Source of the DNA: Basidiobolus meristosporus CBS 931.73
Taxonomy: Eukaryota > Fungi > Basidiobolomycota
Length of the DNA stretch: 64,000 nt
Direction: 5' to 3'
Assembly: GCA_002104905.1 (NCBI GenBank)
Contig: MCFE01000077.1
Coordinates: 62,001 to 126,000 of the forward strand
Under the pieces are notes generated by a model, which was not told the origin of the DNA, ran no database searches, and saw only the letters and a list, made by a program, of their open reading frames with translations. The position numbers and the translations under genes are program-made. Positions 13,578-26,989 of this stretch are shown in pieces. Within the stretch, counting starts at the first letter, position 1. The number at the start of each line of letters is the position of its first letter.

Positions 13578-14417
13578 TCCTTGTTGCTGCTGGCTAAGGA
13601 TCTGGAGTAACTATTGCTGTTGGGCCAGGATTTGCGGCATAGTATTCTTCCATCCTTGATTTTTGGACATCTTGAGGGAGGCTTCTTCTTTCATCAGGAG
13701 GGAGGTTTCTGGTTATTGCTGCTACTAATGTTACAAGTCTTGGTATAAGAGTTGTAGAGGAATAGGGAGTTTAGCTAGTATTGTATTCACTAGAACTTGA
13801 ACTGATTTCTATTGAGGTTCCAGCAGCTCCTTATATGCATCTTGCCAGATCAATTGCTGACTAATTATATTTCCCAATGTAGGTTGTGGTTGATGACTCA
13901 TTTGAATGCATCATAATCACCCAGTAAGATCTTACTTACTATATCTATTCCTGTCTGATAAGGATCTGCTGATTTATTTGCTGACTAATGCTACTGATTT
14001 GATAGATAACACTCATATACTGATAGGGTGAATATATAACTAATTGATTTGACTAAAAACTGATCTAGTTTCAGCATTAAAGCAGTGAATAATAACACTT
14101 CTCTCACCTCAACATTAAGGCTTTTCATTGTGATACTTACAAACATGCCATATTGATTGTATTGCTCATAGCATATACATCATGCAAACATATTCATGGT
14201 TGCTGCTGCTGTTGCCATGAATACCTCTGGATTGTCTGCAAAGTACTCTTTGGTACTTAGCCAATATCTTTCTGCACCCTGCTATATTCTAGCTCCCCTT
14301 ATTGGTATGCTCTAGTTCTTGTTTGCACAAATCCAATGTTGAAAGGTGTGCACACTGGCTTGTACCTATTATAAACCTGGCACACTTTGATGATGATGTA
14401 CTAATATGAATTTGTTG

Positions 14418-14785
14418 CATTATAATCAACTGCTTTACTGTTTAAGTTAGATCAGTTTTTATTCAGATCAATTAGTTTTACATTTAGCCTCTCAGTATAA
14501 CAGTATTATCTATCAAATCTGTGGTATTAATCAGTCAGTCACTCAGCAGATCCTTATCAGGCAGAAACAGATGTATCAAGTTGAATCAAATTGGGTGACA
14601 ATGATGCAATCAAACAAGTAATAAGCCACAGCCTACATTAGGAGAAACAAATAGGCAGCATTTGATCTGGCAAAATGTATAAATGGAGTGCTGGAACCTC
14701 AACAAAGATTAGCTCAAGTTTTAGTGAATACAATATTTGCTAAACTCTTTATTCCTCTACAACTCTTATATCAGCACTTGTAACA
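14418..14785 (+). mobile_element. Gypsy solo LTR (368 bp)
   Basis: Homologous to the two LTRs above. 4-bp TSD GTTG/ATTG with one mismatch; empty site near 26050-26070. Confidence 0.85.
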
Positions 14786-16879
14786 ATTGCTTGTTGTATC
14801 CAACTCAGCTTTGCATTACCTAACCAATTAACCATGCATTGGGGCAGCTTAGGCTCCTAATGCTAAAGGCATTAGTGTCTCCCTCTGCACATCTATCCTC
14901 AGTACTTTCCAACTCTTCCTGGCAGTCCTCCATGTGCAAACTCTCACATTCCTGATGGTGTGAATTCAGTTCATTTAGGCCAAGCATTTGTATTGATGCA
15001 TATGCATATGAATATCCGTTGGATCTTTTAAGAAATGCTTTGGTAAACAAATACTATGGAATACCTTGCAAATTCTGCTTAATTTTGCTTATCACCTAAA
15101 GCGTTAATTTAGCCCAAGATGTCCAAAATATAAACTGGTGACTAGTATAGGGATATTTTAGAAGAGCAAATGTATGGCTTCTAGTGGAATGTACTTGCTT
15201 CTACTGATTCCGCCCTTCTTTAGTGTCTCTAGTTTTCAGTTATTTCCATATTCTTGCCAAAAACTTATACAATGCCAGCTTTTCTGTAATTGCATGCTGA
15301 CTTAGGTCCTTTCTCTTCCTGAGCAGATGATGTTCATGGTATTGGTCCTTGAATGGTAATGATATGTGTGATTATGGAGTAAATTTCCTAGATTCCACAC
15401 ATTGAGTAGCAATACCATTCATTATGCCCAGTCAAGCTGGCCATCTTGCATATTGCTACAGTATCTCCAATGCAGATAATAATATGGGCTTTGACATGAT
15501 GTTCACTTACCAGGATATGGCTGGAGAGCATGCAAGACTCTTCCAATAACAAATATGGGCAGCTACATCAGTTCAACAATGATTTAGGCCCAGATATTAG
15601 TGAGACAACTATGAAACTTCTGCTTTTATACAGTAAGATTAGTGACATATTCAGGCTAATAAGGATATGTTGCTAGCAGGATTAGTTGGCAGGGCGCTTG
15701 TTCAGTGGGTAATTATCAAGTGCCAAAGCAGAGGAATGGTCATAGATACCTTAAGAGTAATCCTTGCTTCTTGACTGTTTGTAATTTTTGCCATCAAATA
15801 TTTATTGAAAACACATACTCTTGGTTAATAATCAGTGTGGTACTTTACAGCTTCACCATATTAGTTGACTGCATGAGCTTCTTTAGTCAGGGCTCTACTC
15901 AAATAAATCTGTATTATATATAATGCTATCCTTCAGTAGCTTGAACACCTGACAAGTTTGACACCTTGCAATGGTGGCACTTTTTGATGTGAATATCCTA
16001 CAACTTTTAACACAAGCTAGTATCAGAATGGATTCTGGCTCATATGTTGCCAGCTGCACTATAGTTCTCTCTTTGCACCAAGTACAAGGGAAGCTGCATC
16101 CTGGAATGATTTTTGCAAGAAATAGCAGTGGATCTTCAAAGCCCACATCACTGATATTGGTGGAAGTATGCCCCTTCTGTAGCAACAGCATTGTTTCATT
16201 CACCACTAAGTGGACAGCTGGGCTCACTGGGCTCCATAGAGTATCCTTGGTGTTTTTTCTACAGGAGTTGTCTCATTGCATATTGGCATTCTGCTGAGGT
16301 CATGCAAGGTACTATTTTCACAGGAAATGGGCTCACAATCCATTAGAAAGCCTTCTTCATCAGAGTTGTCACTCTGTGCACTATATTCAACAGGATGCAA
16401 TAGGCCAAAGGTCTCACAAGCTCACCTAACTCAGCTTGTGCAAGGTGACAAGTACAGCTAGGTGCTTATAAAGAGGTATCAAGTGGCTAGCAAAATATTG
16501 TTGGTATAGAAGTGACTAATGTCCACTCTATAATGACACATGCAGGAAAGCACTGGCTGTGATCTTTGTAGGACTTCCTAAGACATCTGTTTGCTTAATA
16601 ACTCAGAGGTTTTTTTCAATAGCCACATGGTCTTTTTCTCTGGTCTTGCAACATTGGATCACTATACTGAAAAGTGACATTTTGAGCCATGAGTGCCAAA
16701 CAGAGACGTAGTGTGTCAGAGGGAGATTGCCAATCTATACCTGGTCACACAATATGAAACATAACTCTTCAACTTCATGCAAAGTTGCACATGTGTCTCA
16801 CCCACTGTATTGCAGAGAGTTCAGTTTAAAACCTTTTTTGCATAGAATCATCTTGGATCAATGGTAATACCTGATGAGG

Positions 16880-17200
16880 CACTGAACCTGGCAGTACCAG
16901 CTAAAGACTAGCATATATGGGAGTCAGTGAATGAACAATGGCATAAGGCTGCAGGGTTTCTGCTAAAGTGATGGAAAATGGGCATTTTGCCAGAAACACC
17001 TATTAGATGATAGATTTTGATGGAGTGATATGTTAGGCATGAGGTTGAGCCTAGTATTAATGTTGAGTGCTGAGACTTGTATAGGTCATTACAATTGGCA
17101 ATTGTGTAATGACCATAGATTGACCAGCACTAATCCAATTTGCATGAATGAAAAGTAAGTGCCTCATTTGTGTCATACAGTAGAGAACACAAAAAAGAAC
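16880..17200 (+). pseudogene. ORF-A C-terminus and downstream flank (belongs to the inverted CACTA-like copy)
   Basis: Encodes WESVNEQWHKAAGF, compared with WEPVNEQWHKAVGF at 22950. 16995-17180 matches the reverse complement of 22730-22900. Confidence 0.65.
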
Positions 17201-17299
17201 CAATAGCTAATTGCTGTATGCTACTGTAGGTGGTAATATAGTGTCTGGGATCAGAAAGCAAAGATACCCATCAAACTTCACTAATTAATGAGTGCAATG

Positions 17300-19600
17300 C
17301 TAGAGCTCGGCTGTGCTGAGTTGCACCAGATGATATAATAGGACCAGCCTGAAGTGCCAAGCACTGACACATTCTTTTACTTGCCAAAGCTCCTGCGGTG
17401 GAGGCACTTCATGTGGGGCATTGTCAGTCAGTTCACCAGAAGTAACTTGCTGATGTTCAGGTGTGCCAGCATACGCAGGCATGACTTGATGTGTTGGCAT
17501 AGCCTTGGCTGGTTTGATGTGATGTTACATGTTGATGCAACTTGGCCCACTGTGGTGGTGTATAGGTCCAAGAGAGAGATATGTACAACACTTCTCAAGT
17601 GTTTTGTGTGTGGGGTGTTCACTGGGTGCAACAACCACTGGCAAAAGCTTGCTAGGAATACTTGGGCTCTGTCCTTAATCTAATGTGATGGGGAATAAAG
17701 CCACAAGCTTGTCAAGGGAAAACTATTGAGCTGCAATCCCCAACTTAGTTGGTGTCTTAACAAAAGTATGTGCAGGGTTCAGCGTCCTTTAAGATGACAA
17801 TGTACTAAAGCTTCCATAGTCAAAACAACTGTAAACTCCACCAGCAGGGACTTGATAAGAATGCAGCTGTGGTCAATAGTTACAAAGACAGAAAAGTATC
17901 TTTGCCTGTACAAGAATAAACTTGGGATAGAATCAAATATAATAAAAGATACCTTCTCTGAGTATTCCTCACAAGTAGTGCCTCCAAGGTCAGTTGGCTG
18001 TCAGCATGGTTTCCTGGGAGTGTCCTGTGGTTTGGGGTTGGAAGTTCAGGTAGCAGCAGGTAGCAGTGATCATACTAATCAACAAGTTGGTATATTGATA
18101 AAAGGGATGATGATATATTGCTGAGGGATAGCCTCTCTGATATACTTTTCTCACTGGCTAAGTGATTACTAATCATGGTGTTCTAGAAGGTTCTGGATAT
18201 CAATAGAAGTCTTGATGACATCAGATGACCTGAGAATGTTAGTAGGTGCCAGAAGGTTCTAAGAAGCACTGCACATCCAACCAATCAGAAATCAGTACCC
18301 TGAAACCTGTGTAACATAGGGATACCATATATGGTATAGAGAAGGTAGGGATGGTGACATGGGATGATCATGTGTGATGGGTACTGGCACGGGAACTTGC
18401 TTAGTATAGAAGCACTTACTGCTAGTAATCTTACATAAAGTGAGAGATAACTTATTCAATAAGGTAAGCAGGTGTGATAGTCAACCGGCTTATGGGATAG
18501 TACTGATCAGGTAGGACAAATGGGATAAAGCTAATATAAGGGTAGTAGAGAAATAGTGAAGTAGAAAATATAGGAATGTGCACATCTGTGAGTGGGTGTC
18601 ACTGTGACCCCACTACACCGCTCCAATGGACTCATGTTTATATGAGGAGCTTGGTGCGTTCTAGTAGTTTTGCTCTGAAGCACATGCATTAATCTGATGT
18701 GTATTGACTTGATAAAGGGTGCTCTTGTGAAGGGTGTTTGCATGAATTGAACTGACATGTGTCAGTGCACCAATGCATCATGGGATAGTAAGGAACCCAG
18801 TAAGGTGTGCTGGCATAATCTAGAAGTAGTTGTTTACAGTCTGTATTGTTCCTATTGAAGCTCACATTCTGATTCCTCAAGGTATTCACTCATCCTCTGT
18901 CTGGTGCTTTGGAACTGTTGCCTTAATGAGTCCTGTGTGTATGGCTCTTGGAAGCTACTTAGCTCCACTAATATATCACATACTACATTAGTCATATGAG
19001 GCAAAAACTCATTCAAAATTGCTTTGGTTCCCAAATATGAGGCTCAAACAGATGTGCTCTGACCATACTGTGCAAATTGCATGCAGAATTGTCTGCATGC
19101 ATCTCCCTCATCAAATCCTCTCACTCTTGGCTATTTGTGTTTTAAATACCTGTCTTGTTATATATCTTGCTACATACATCTGCTGGCATCTGGACATAGA
19201 GCTCATGCACACAGCTTTCTACTCAGATTCTTCCATCTCTGCTGACTCTGTGGGTATTGAGTTCTGCCAGATTATTGAGTAGTGCCCAAATATCTGTATG
19301 AAGGCTCTTCATAGACACATGGGTCATACTAAGATCATTTGGCAAGAACTTCAATGGATCTGACATTGACTTTCCAGTCCAGACCATGCTTGTGAGCAGG
19401 GGGATGAGTTTTGTCTGGGTTGAACTAAAGATGTGGTGGGACTTGGCATAAGGACCATGGTGCTGGATTTGGATACTTATATGGTAGTGTATTGGCAACA
19501 ACCCATTTATGAAATATATATGAAAGCAAAAGCAGTTGTTGTTTTTTCCATATATTATGATTGATGCATCTTGGATTGCATTGGCATAGATCATATCACA
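17300..19600 (-). pseudogene. ORF-B remnants (17300-17830 and 18560-19600) separated by unclassified repeat-like DNA
   Basis: Homology to 26990-27980 and 4020-4560. Shared peptide VELSxFQExYTQDSxRQQFQS. Confidence 0.6.
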
Positions 19601-19819
19601 TCAATTGCAGATTTCCTATTTGATTATAGACTTGTGCGTAAACCATCAATAAAGTCACCAAGTCACTGTTTGGGGGATAATTTTTGCAACATAATGATGG
19701 GACACATGGCAAATGATGGAGATTTAATCATAATGCATGGAAAATTTGATATATTATGCTGATTGCACCAAATTGATTCATATCACCTCTGCTCAATCAT
19801 GTACAAACTTTGATATGAC

Positions 19820-20655
19820 TTTCTCATAGAAATGGACTTTTCTCATTAATCTTATTGCTACCACTGGATTTCCTTTTGACACATTAGAAGAGATCTTCAC
19901 CAAGTACAGGATACCATCTACCCCAATCTACTTGAAGAGATTCCTTGTGAGGCTTCTGTGCTATTACAAGAACCATTGTCCCACAAGGTTTCATCCCACC
20001 ATTCATGGTAACAGAAGTCCCAGAAGCTTTCATTTCCTGCTGACAGCAATGGAGAACCACCTTGCAGAGGGTGTGAATGACTTAGAGCAAGCTTGGTATA
20101 CTGGGTTCAGAAGCTCCAGTAAACTTCCACATCCCAGAGTGTTTGGCAACAGGTTCCATATTAGTAGTGTTTTTGATACCTTCCCAGTCAGGATAAACAG
20201 TCCTTCAAGAGGGTAGCGGCATTTCTATTCTGGCAAATGCAAGGAACACTGCAAAGTATCAAGCACTGTCTGGCATTGAGGGTAACATCATCTGATTCAG
20301 TAGGCCATTTGCTGAAAGTAGGCATCACAAAGAATTCTGGGTAGAGAACCATCCAGAACTCAGTAGAGGGGAGAAATGTATGGCACACCTAGCATATTTA
20401 GATGAGGATTGTCAGAGGTTAGGATATATTACAGCTCATAGGAAGCCAAGAAATGGTGTGCTTAGCAGGAAGCAGCAGCTCTACAATGAGATATTTTATC
20501 ACTTCAGAGTTGGAGAAGAGCATACATCCGGGTTTCTAAAGAGATTCAGCATATTAACAGGTAAATACAGAGGAAGGTCATATATTGACAAAAACAGCAG
20601 AATAGGTAAGACAGTTAAGTTACTTAATAATGCACAGTATATTCATACAAAATGA
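19820..20655 (+). pseudogene. PIF/Harbinger-like DDE_Tnp_4 transposase, frameshifted
   Basis: FDTFPVRINSPS...HFYSGKCK and ITAHRKPRNGVLSRKQQLYNEIF..FRVGEEH..GFLKRFSIL match the DDE_Tnp_4 consensus. Confidence 0.82.
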
Positions 20656-20699
20656 CATCCACTGAGAGAAATAGACTTGTTCCATTTTACACTGCCAGA

Positions 20700-21330
20700 G
20701 TGCAGAGTGCAAGCCTCAGTCTCTAAGAGCAATCAGGCACAATATTATAGCTACCAGTAGGCAGCATTGCTCTTTGATGATTTTGTACCATGTGGGACAA
20801 TCTTGCACACTGTAGCATAATCTGACACAAGGAGGTTGGCACAAATGATTGCACCCACATATAATGTTTGCATCATATGCGCAATTGGATACCTCTATAA
20901 TAATATGTAAAATCCCATATTGGGATTTGTTTCTTCTATATGAATGAATAAATGCGTATTACACTCTAAACTACACTGATACTTACCATTTTGGTTACCA
21001 TCACCCCAATTGGATGGTTTCTCAGTGGTTAATTGGTCCAAAAGTATCCTGAAGCTGTCAGCCCCCAATTGGCTATTTGTCCAACACACTAGCTACCTGA
21101 TTTGCCACCAAATATTCCATTTTGCCAACTGAGCAAGTAAATCCCTGATCCTAGTGATTGGACAAGATGCCATAGTTAGCACAAAACCGATCAGATAGGT
21201 GCAAAACAGATCTAATGGCTGCACTGGTGCTACAGATGATTTATATATATCCAGGATGTTTATTTATAGGGGTTCTGTCTCAGATGTGAGACAACCTTAA
21301 TATTGCTTATATGAGAATTTAGTGATCACT
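20700..21330 (-). repeat. Repeat convergent on the Harbinger transposase; possible spliced cargo gene
   Basis: Second copy at 5100-5740. Conserved GTAAGT donor near 20990. Confidence 0.55.
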
Positions 21331-22931
21331 GATTTGCAATGGGTCAATATGAATTGCAAAAAAATGTGTTGTTTGAATCATGACAAATAATAGCAATTTA
21401 ATGCATTTGCATGATCTTCTCCTAGGTTTTTTTCTCACAAGGACTACTACTGAAGCATTTGGTAGTGATTCACTTTGCACACCTAAACTACTTCCTTGTT
21501 GACTATCCTCTTAGCTACTGGTGTATTCATAATAAATAATTTGCCTCCTAGTTTATGAGTTCAATGCTGCAGCTTGGCTGTGCTTGATTGCTCCGGATGA
21601 TGCTACTGAACCAGCCTGCAATACTACACATTGACACGTTCTTTGACTTGCCAAAGGCTCTGGTGGTGGAGGCACTTCATGTGGCTCATCATCAGTCAGT
21701 TCACCAGAAAAAACCTGCTGAAGGTTAGGTGTAATGGCATATGCACCCTATGAAAAGTTATTGAGATGATCCCATCAAAAGGCCGTTACAAAGTTAAAGC
21801 CCTGTGACTAAGAGGTACTGATCTTGTTGGGACACTGTCCAGAGACCATTGAAAAATAATTGCACCCCAGATTTCACAAAAAACTTGGTCAAAATTTTTC
21901 ATCACCACAATGTATAAGTGGCTTTTGATTGGTTCCCGGCCAATTTGCTCACTTTCTGATCCCAGACTGTTGTGCATCAACATTTAAAACTTAGCCAATT
22001 TTACTCTGTTTGAAAATTTAGTACCCTAACTGATTTTCCCTAACCCAAACATAACAAATCCCAGATACAGTTTATTTTATCCCACCTCAGAATCTATTTT
22101 TAGCTATCACACCTGAACTATTTTAAAATGGTCACTATGTGTTCAACCTATCTGCCAAGCTTTCCCAGGTGATTAGTCATCTGGGATCTATCCAACCACT
22201 GTGCAGTTGCCAAGACATCAGTTGATTGATGATGTAATTTTCATTTATCTTATGCACCTATGGACACCCAAATTGATTTCAATCAATCCAGTCCCTTGGT
22301 GCTTACTAATTCAACTTGATCAGAAAAGTATAAATAAAGTTTACTGAACCTTTTGGTTTAGTGTGTGTCTCAACAAAATTAGGATTCTGTCTCCGCAAAA
22401 ATAAGAATCCAACAATTCTGTTCTAGTTTCTATCCAAGCCTAGTATATCTAGCACTCTAAAGAACACCAAGCCTAGCCTGCCTAGCAAACAAATATTATT
22501 GTCTTTATTGCCAACCCAGCTATATCCAAGACCAATATTAGATCAGAATCTTTCTGCTAATATTTCTGCCACTCTCTGACAATTCTAAGATTCTGCACTT
22601 AATTGTCCCTTTGGTTCAGTTAAACCATTCAAGAATTTTATTACACTTTCTCTTGGATAAAACACAGACACTTTGTTGCCTCCCACATTTGTGTGAATTG
22701 ATTAGCTATTGCCTCTATTTCACACCCCTTACATCATGACTCAACAATTTCTCTTACTTTTCATGCGTACAAATTGATTTATTTCTGTAGAAACTTCAGT
22801 TGTACCTCTATTGCCAAGTGTATTGACCTAAACAAGTCTCTATACCCTACACTAACATTAAGCTCAACCCCACACTCAACAAGTAACTCCATTATAATCC
22901 ACCACCCAATAAGTATTTCTGCTGTAATGAT

Positions 22932-24853
22932 CTAATTCCATAACTTTGGTGGGAACCCAACAGCTTTATGCCACTGTTCATTCACTGGTTCCCACACATC
23001 CTGATCTTCAGCCTGCACTGCAAGGTCTAGCTCCTCATCTGCCAGTCTTTGTAATAAATCCTTGAGATATTCCAGTGCGCTTTCTTGAGCACTGCTCTTG
23101 AAGAAGTGCTGCAACCTCTTGGTGTGCCTATTAATGTTCCAAGACTCCACTGAAGGCATTGTGATAATCTTTTGAGCTATTGACATTGTAGCCTTGTCTG
23201 TCAGTGAGATCTCCGCTCTGTCAACAATGCAGGCTGTGGAGACTGTGGATGCTGTGGTAGACAAATTGCCTTTTTCAGTAAACTTATCTACCTAGCTGGA
23301 GTGTAGCTCAACTGCCTGTACTTCCAACTCTTGTGAAAACAGCTGTTTTCTTGTTGGTAATTCTTTTGGCTATGATAGGATTCAGTCTGTTCCTGGCTTG
23401 CGGCGTCAATTGGCAAGAACTGCAGTTTTTTTGCATGCCTCCCTGTCTCAGGCTTGGGTAGACATTTTCCCTTTACCTTTTCCTTTATCACTGCCAGGTC
23501 TTTCACTGCAACTTTGTCTGAGTGCTTCTTGTAAAGAACTACATTTTCTCCTGGATAAATTTGGCTCTGACTCATCTGTTTTGGCCTGTTTGTCCCTTGC
23601 TGGCACTCTTTTGGCAACCGGATGTTTCTTTTCAGCTTGTTCTGAGCTCTCAACCGTAGTTTTGACAGGCTCCTGTAAAAGCAGCGGGATTTTATCACCA
23701 CCAGGTCCTTCACTGCTATTTTGACTGGGTGCTTCTTGAGCGGTACTACGCTTTTTCCTTGATAAATGTTGTGCTGGTGCATCCATGTCTGCCTGCTTGT
23801 CCCTAATTGGTGCTCTTCCAGCTGCCTGGTATCTCTTTGATGCTTGTCTGGAGCTTTTGGCCCTGCTTGTAACAAGCTCTTGAGGAAGCTGCTGGTTTTT
23901 AGCCATGGCACCCTTGTTCTTCTGCCTTTGATAGTTTTGGCTATTCTTAAGATACTCTCTTAGCATACCAATGCTGGCCCAAAATCTGTTTGCCCATTAG
24001 AATGTAGGATAATGCTTATGGAGCAATTCAAGTGCATTCTGCTTAGCCTTAAGCTCCTGATGGTCCCATGGTGTGCCAGCCTTTAGCTAATGGCATGCTG
24101 GACTTCTGACAGCCTCTTGTATATTAGCCCACTCTTTATTATTGCATGCAACAACTTCATAGATCTTCAATGTCTTTTGACTTTTAGGCTTTGGTACAAA
24201 CACCAAATTGTCTCCCTCCCATGCTGTGGTAGGCTTTTCTGTGGGCTTTATCTTTGGGCACTCTTGTTGTGCTTCAAAGACTGTATGGTGTTCCTCTGCT
24301 GTTACATTGGGAAATGGCTCAATTCTTGGCTGTGACATTGAGCCACTTGAGTTCCTTCTTTGCAGCAAAGATACACTTTCTCTACCTGGGATATAGATTG
24401 CTCTACATTCATTATCTACTCCTCCTGTTTCTGGACTACTTCCTGATTTCTCTGAGCCATTGCATCTCTCCTATCAGCCACTGCACTTAATTGCTTCATC
24501 AATGCTTCAGTATGAGCTAACAACATACTTGCTAATATGGGAGGTGGTGATGTTATCATGACCACTTGCTGATCTTCTACTGAGGGTACTGCATTTGCCA
24601 CATTCCCATCTGCCTGAGCATAACAGTCAGCTTGTGGCTCCAAGGAGGTTCTCAATTGTCTACTTGACTGAGAGCCTGAGGAGTCTGCATTATTACCTTC
24701 AATGGGCACACTGTCTGCAGGGCCTTTTTTGGATGTAGCCCTGCTTGTTGCACTGAATATCAAAGCAAGCTGTTGTCCAACCTTTCTTCTGTTGCTGTCA
24801 GCAGTGGAGTTTGGTTGAGAACCAGACAACTTAGCTTTATTTTTTAGCAGCAT
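22932..24853 (-). pseudogene. ORF-A: ~600-aa low-complexity accessory protein with an internal ~65-aa duplication and a putative helical DNA-binding module
   Basis: Collinear ORFs 24416-24853, 24087-24368, 23448-23966 and 22932-23264, broken by stops and frameshifts. Confidence 0.65.
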
Positions 24854-25090
24854 ATATATGGAAGTGAGTCAAACCAAAGGGGAAATAGTGTTACATGTGC
24901 ATGTGTATGTGGTGCCACAACTTTATTTATAATGCTTACTATGGTGGGTCATCATTGAATCTTACATTCATGTAGGTGCAATGTCTCAAATACAAGACTG
25001 TCTTAAGTTCACATGAGTATTGACCAAAAAGTGATATAATAGCATTACATTGTTGAAGGTCAAACTGTTTGCCCCATAAACAAGACTACT

Positions 25091-26950
25091 TTGACTCAAC
25101 GCCATAGGAGAAGAGAAAAAAGACCATGTGGCTATTGTGGCAGGCCTCTCAGCTATGAATCATGCAGACAGCATAGGAAGTATTACAAGGATCATGGGCA
25201 GTGTTTAGCCACCCAAGTCATATTTGACCATTCATTGGTCATTACTGTACCAACATTATCTTGCCAGCCAGTTAATACTTCTATATTAGCACCTGGCTAT
25301 CTTTGTCACCTTGTGCAAACTGAGTCAGGTGAGTTTGTGATGCCTTTAGGCTCAACTCAGCCTTCTGAATATGGCATGCAGAGTGATAGCGCTGATGGAT
25401 TTTGAGCCTATCTCCCCTAACAACACTACCATATGTGAGCCCAGTCAAATTCCTATATGCAATGAGACAACACCCATTGAAACAAATGCCAAGGATACTT
25501 TATGGAGCCAAGTTAGCCCAGTAATCCATTTACTGGTGAATGATGTAATGTTGTGGCTAGAGAATTGATGCATTTCCACTAATATAACATTGTAGGATTA
25601 TTTGTTCAGAAGCGGATCACCAATGCCAACTTGACGCATGTACAGCTGTTCTGTGAGGAGTTTGGGATGAGATTTGAGTGGCTATACTACAAACATAAAG
25701 CTGAACATGTAGATCTCTGCCGCTACTGTATCCATTCTCTACTCCATCATGCACGGTGTGTGAAGAATATTGGGCCTTGCTTCACCTTTTGGGAGTTTCA
25801 AATGGAGCTGATGTGTGGGGAGATAGGAAGACAAGTCAAGTTGCAGGTACTACCATATCCCTATCTCATCAAGACTATTTCCTTCAAGTCCATCATGGAT
25901 GTGATGAGTTGGCACATGGAGGACAGCTAGGAAAAGTTGGAAAATACTGAGGACAAATGTGCTATGGAGACACCTATGCCTATGGCATTAAGAAGCTAAG
26001 CAGCCCCAATGCATGGGTAATCAGTTAAGTAATGCAAAGTTGAGTTGGGTACAACAAGCAACTAATTTGTATCAGAAAAACTCCACCAAGATATGCCGGA
26101 TTTTTTGTGGTCACAAGCCAACTTCTACACCATTCAATACAGAATCTACACAAACAAAGGCCAGAGTGCACCTATACAGGGGACTAGAATCCAGCTTGGA
26201 GAAGGAGTATATTGTCTAAATACCAAGAAGTTCTTTGCGGATATTCAGGAGGTATTGATAGCAGAAGTGGCAACAACCAAGCATATGTTTGCAAGATGTA
26301 TATGTTACCAGCAGTACAAGGTAAATGGCAACTTTGCAAGTATCACACTAAAAAGCTGTTAAGTTGAGGTGATAGAAGTATGTCAATTGTGGCAGGTGTG
26401 CACATTTGTAGAGGTTAGTAAGCAGGAGGCCATAGTTTTTTTGTTTCAAATTATATATGGAATACCCAAGGTAGTGGTGGGTAAGCAAATAATGCGAGGT
26501 GCTTCTATAGTGGAATATATGAATTGCACAAGGGGCGGTAGAAAAAGGAAATACCATTTGGTAAATTGGTACAGTAGCATTATACAGAACCAGTGGTAGG
26601 CTGTCATACTGCCAGCATAATAGCATTAGAGTCTTGCTGTGAGGCTGTCAAAATACCTTCAAGTTTCTTGTCATATAAGGCAATTGGATATCCTGGTCAA
26701 CTGGATCCACTTAAAATAGTTATAGGGCGCTGAAAGACCACAACAATACCATGCAAATATTGTCACAGCACCAATAAAATATTGTCAAGTTTTATCCCTT
26801 TATTTGGCTGTAATATTAGCAAAACACTGTCATGATCTTGTCATAGGATTGTTAGGAGGGTCACTAATTCCAAGTTGCTGTTGTTATGATTTCTCTAAAT
26901 GGGATCTTGACAGCTGATCCAGATTGGATCCACCTTCAGGGCCAAATTAT
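25091..26950 (+). pseudogene. CACTA-like transposase with the central catalytic region deleted at ~25565
   Basis: N-terminal CxxC...H (RPCGYCG...CRQHRK) joined directly to IHSLLHHARCVKNIGPCFTFWEFQME.MCG...PYPYL. The intervening sequence is present in the 15000-16300 copy. Confidence 0.75.
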
Positions 26951-26989
26951 TTTTCATAGGGGCAGGTGCAACTTGATGAGCTGGCATTG

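Larger units (their letters stand above)
9997..14097 (-). mobile_element. Ty3/Gypsy LTR retrotransposon, non-autonomous (protease and most of RT deleted)
   Basis: Two 369-bp LTRs (9997-10365, 13729-14097) and a 4-bp TSD CTTC confirmed by the empty paralogous site near 26375-26390. PPT TAGTAGGGGAGAA at 10366-10378 and PBS-like TTAGTAGCAGC at 13718-13728. Order is gag, RT end/RNase H, integrase. Confidence 0.95.
9560..16800 (-). mobile_element. Decayed CACTA-like transposase in inverted orientation, host to the Gypsy element and its solo LTR
   Basis: ORF 15895-16227 has ACVKSCRIFT...RCQTCQ, resembling the CxNSCxxF...CPxC motif. Flanks of both LTR insertions rejoin to match 26050-26400. Confidence 0.7.
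22730..26960. mobile_element. Best-preserved CACTA-like element: divergent ORF-A (-) and internally deleted transposase (+)
   Basis: Longest ORFs and more retained CpGs than other copies. The same architecture is seen at 1-2615 and, inverted, at 9560-17200. No TIR identified. Confidence 0.7.

Noticed and set aside
18270-18582. TGCACAT...ATGTGCA segment as a solo LTR
   Set aside because: No TSD and no second copy.
21780-22730. CACTG at 21833 as a CACTA terminal inverted repeat
   Set aside because: No matching inverted copy was found at any right-hand end in the window.
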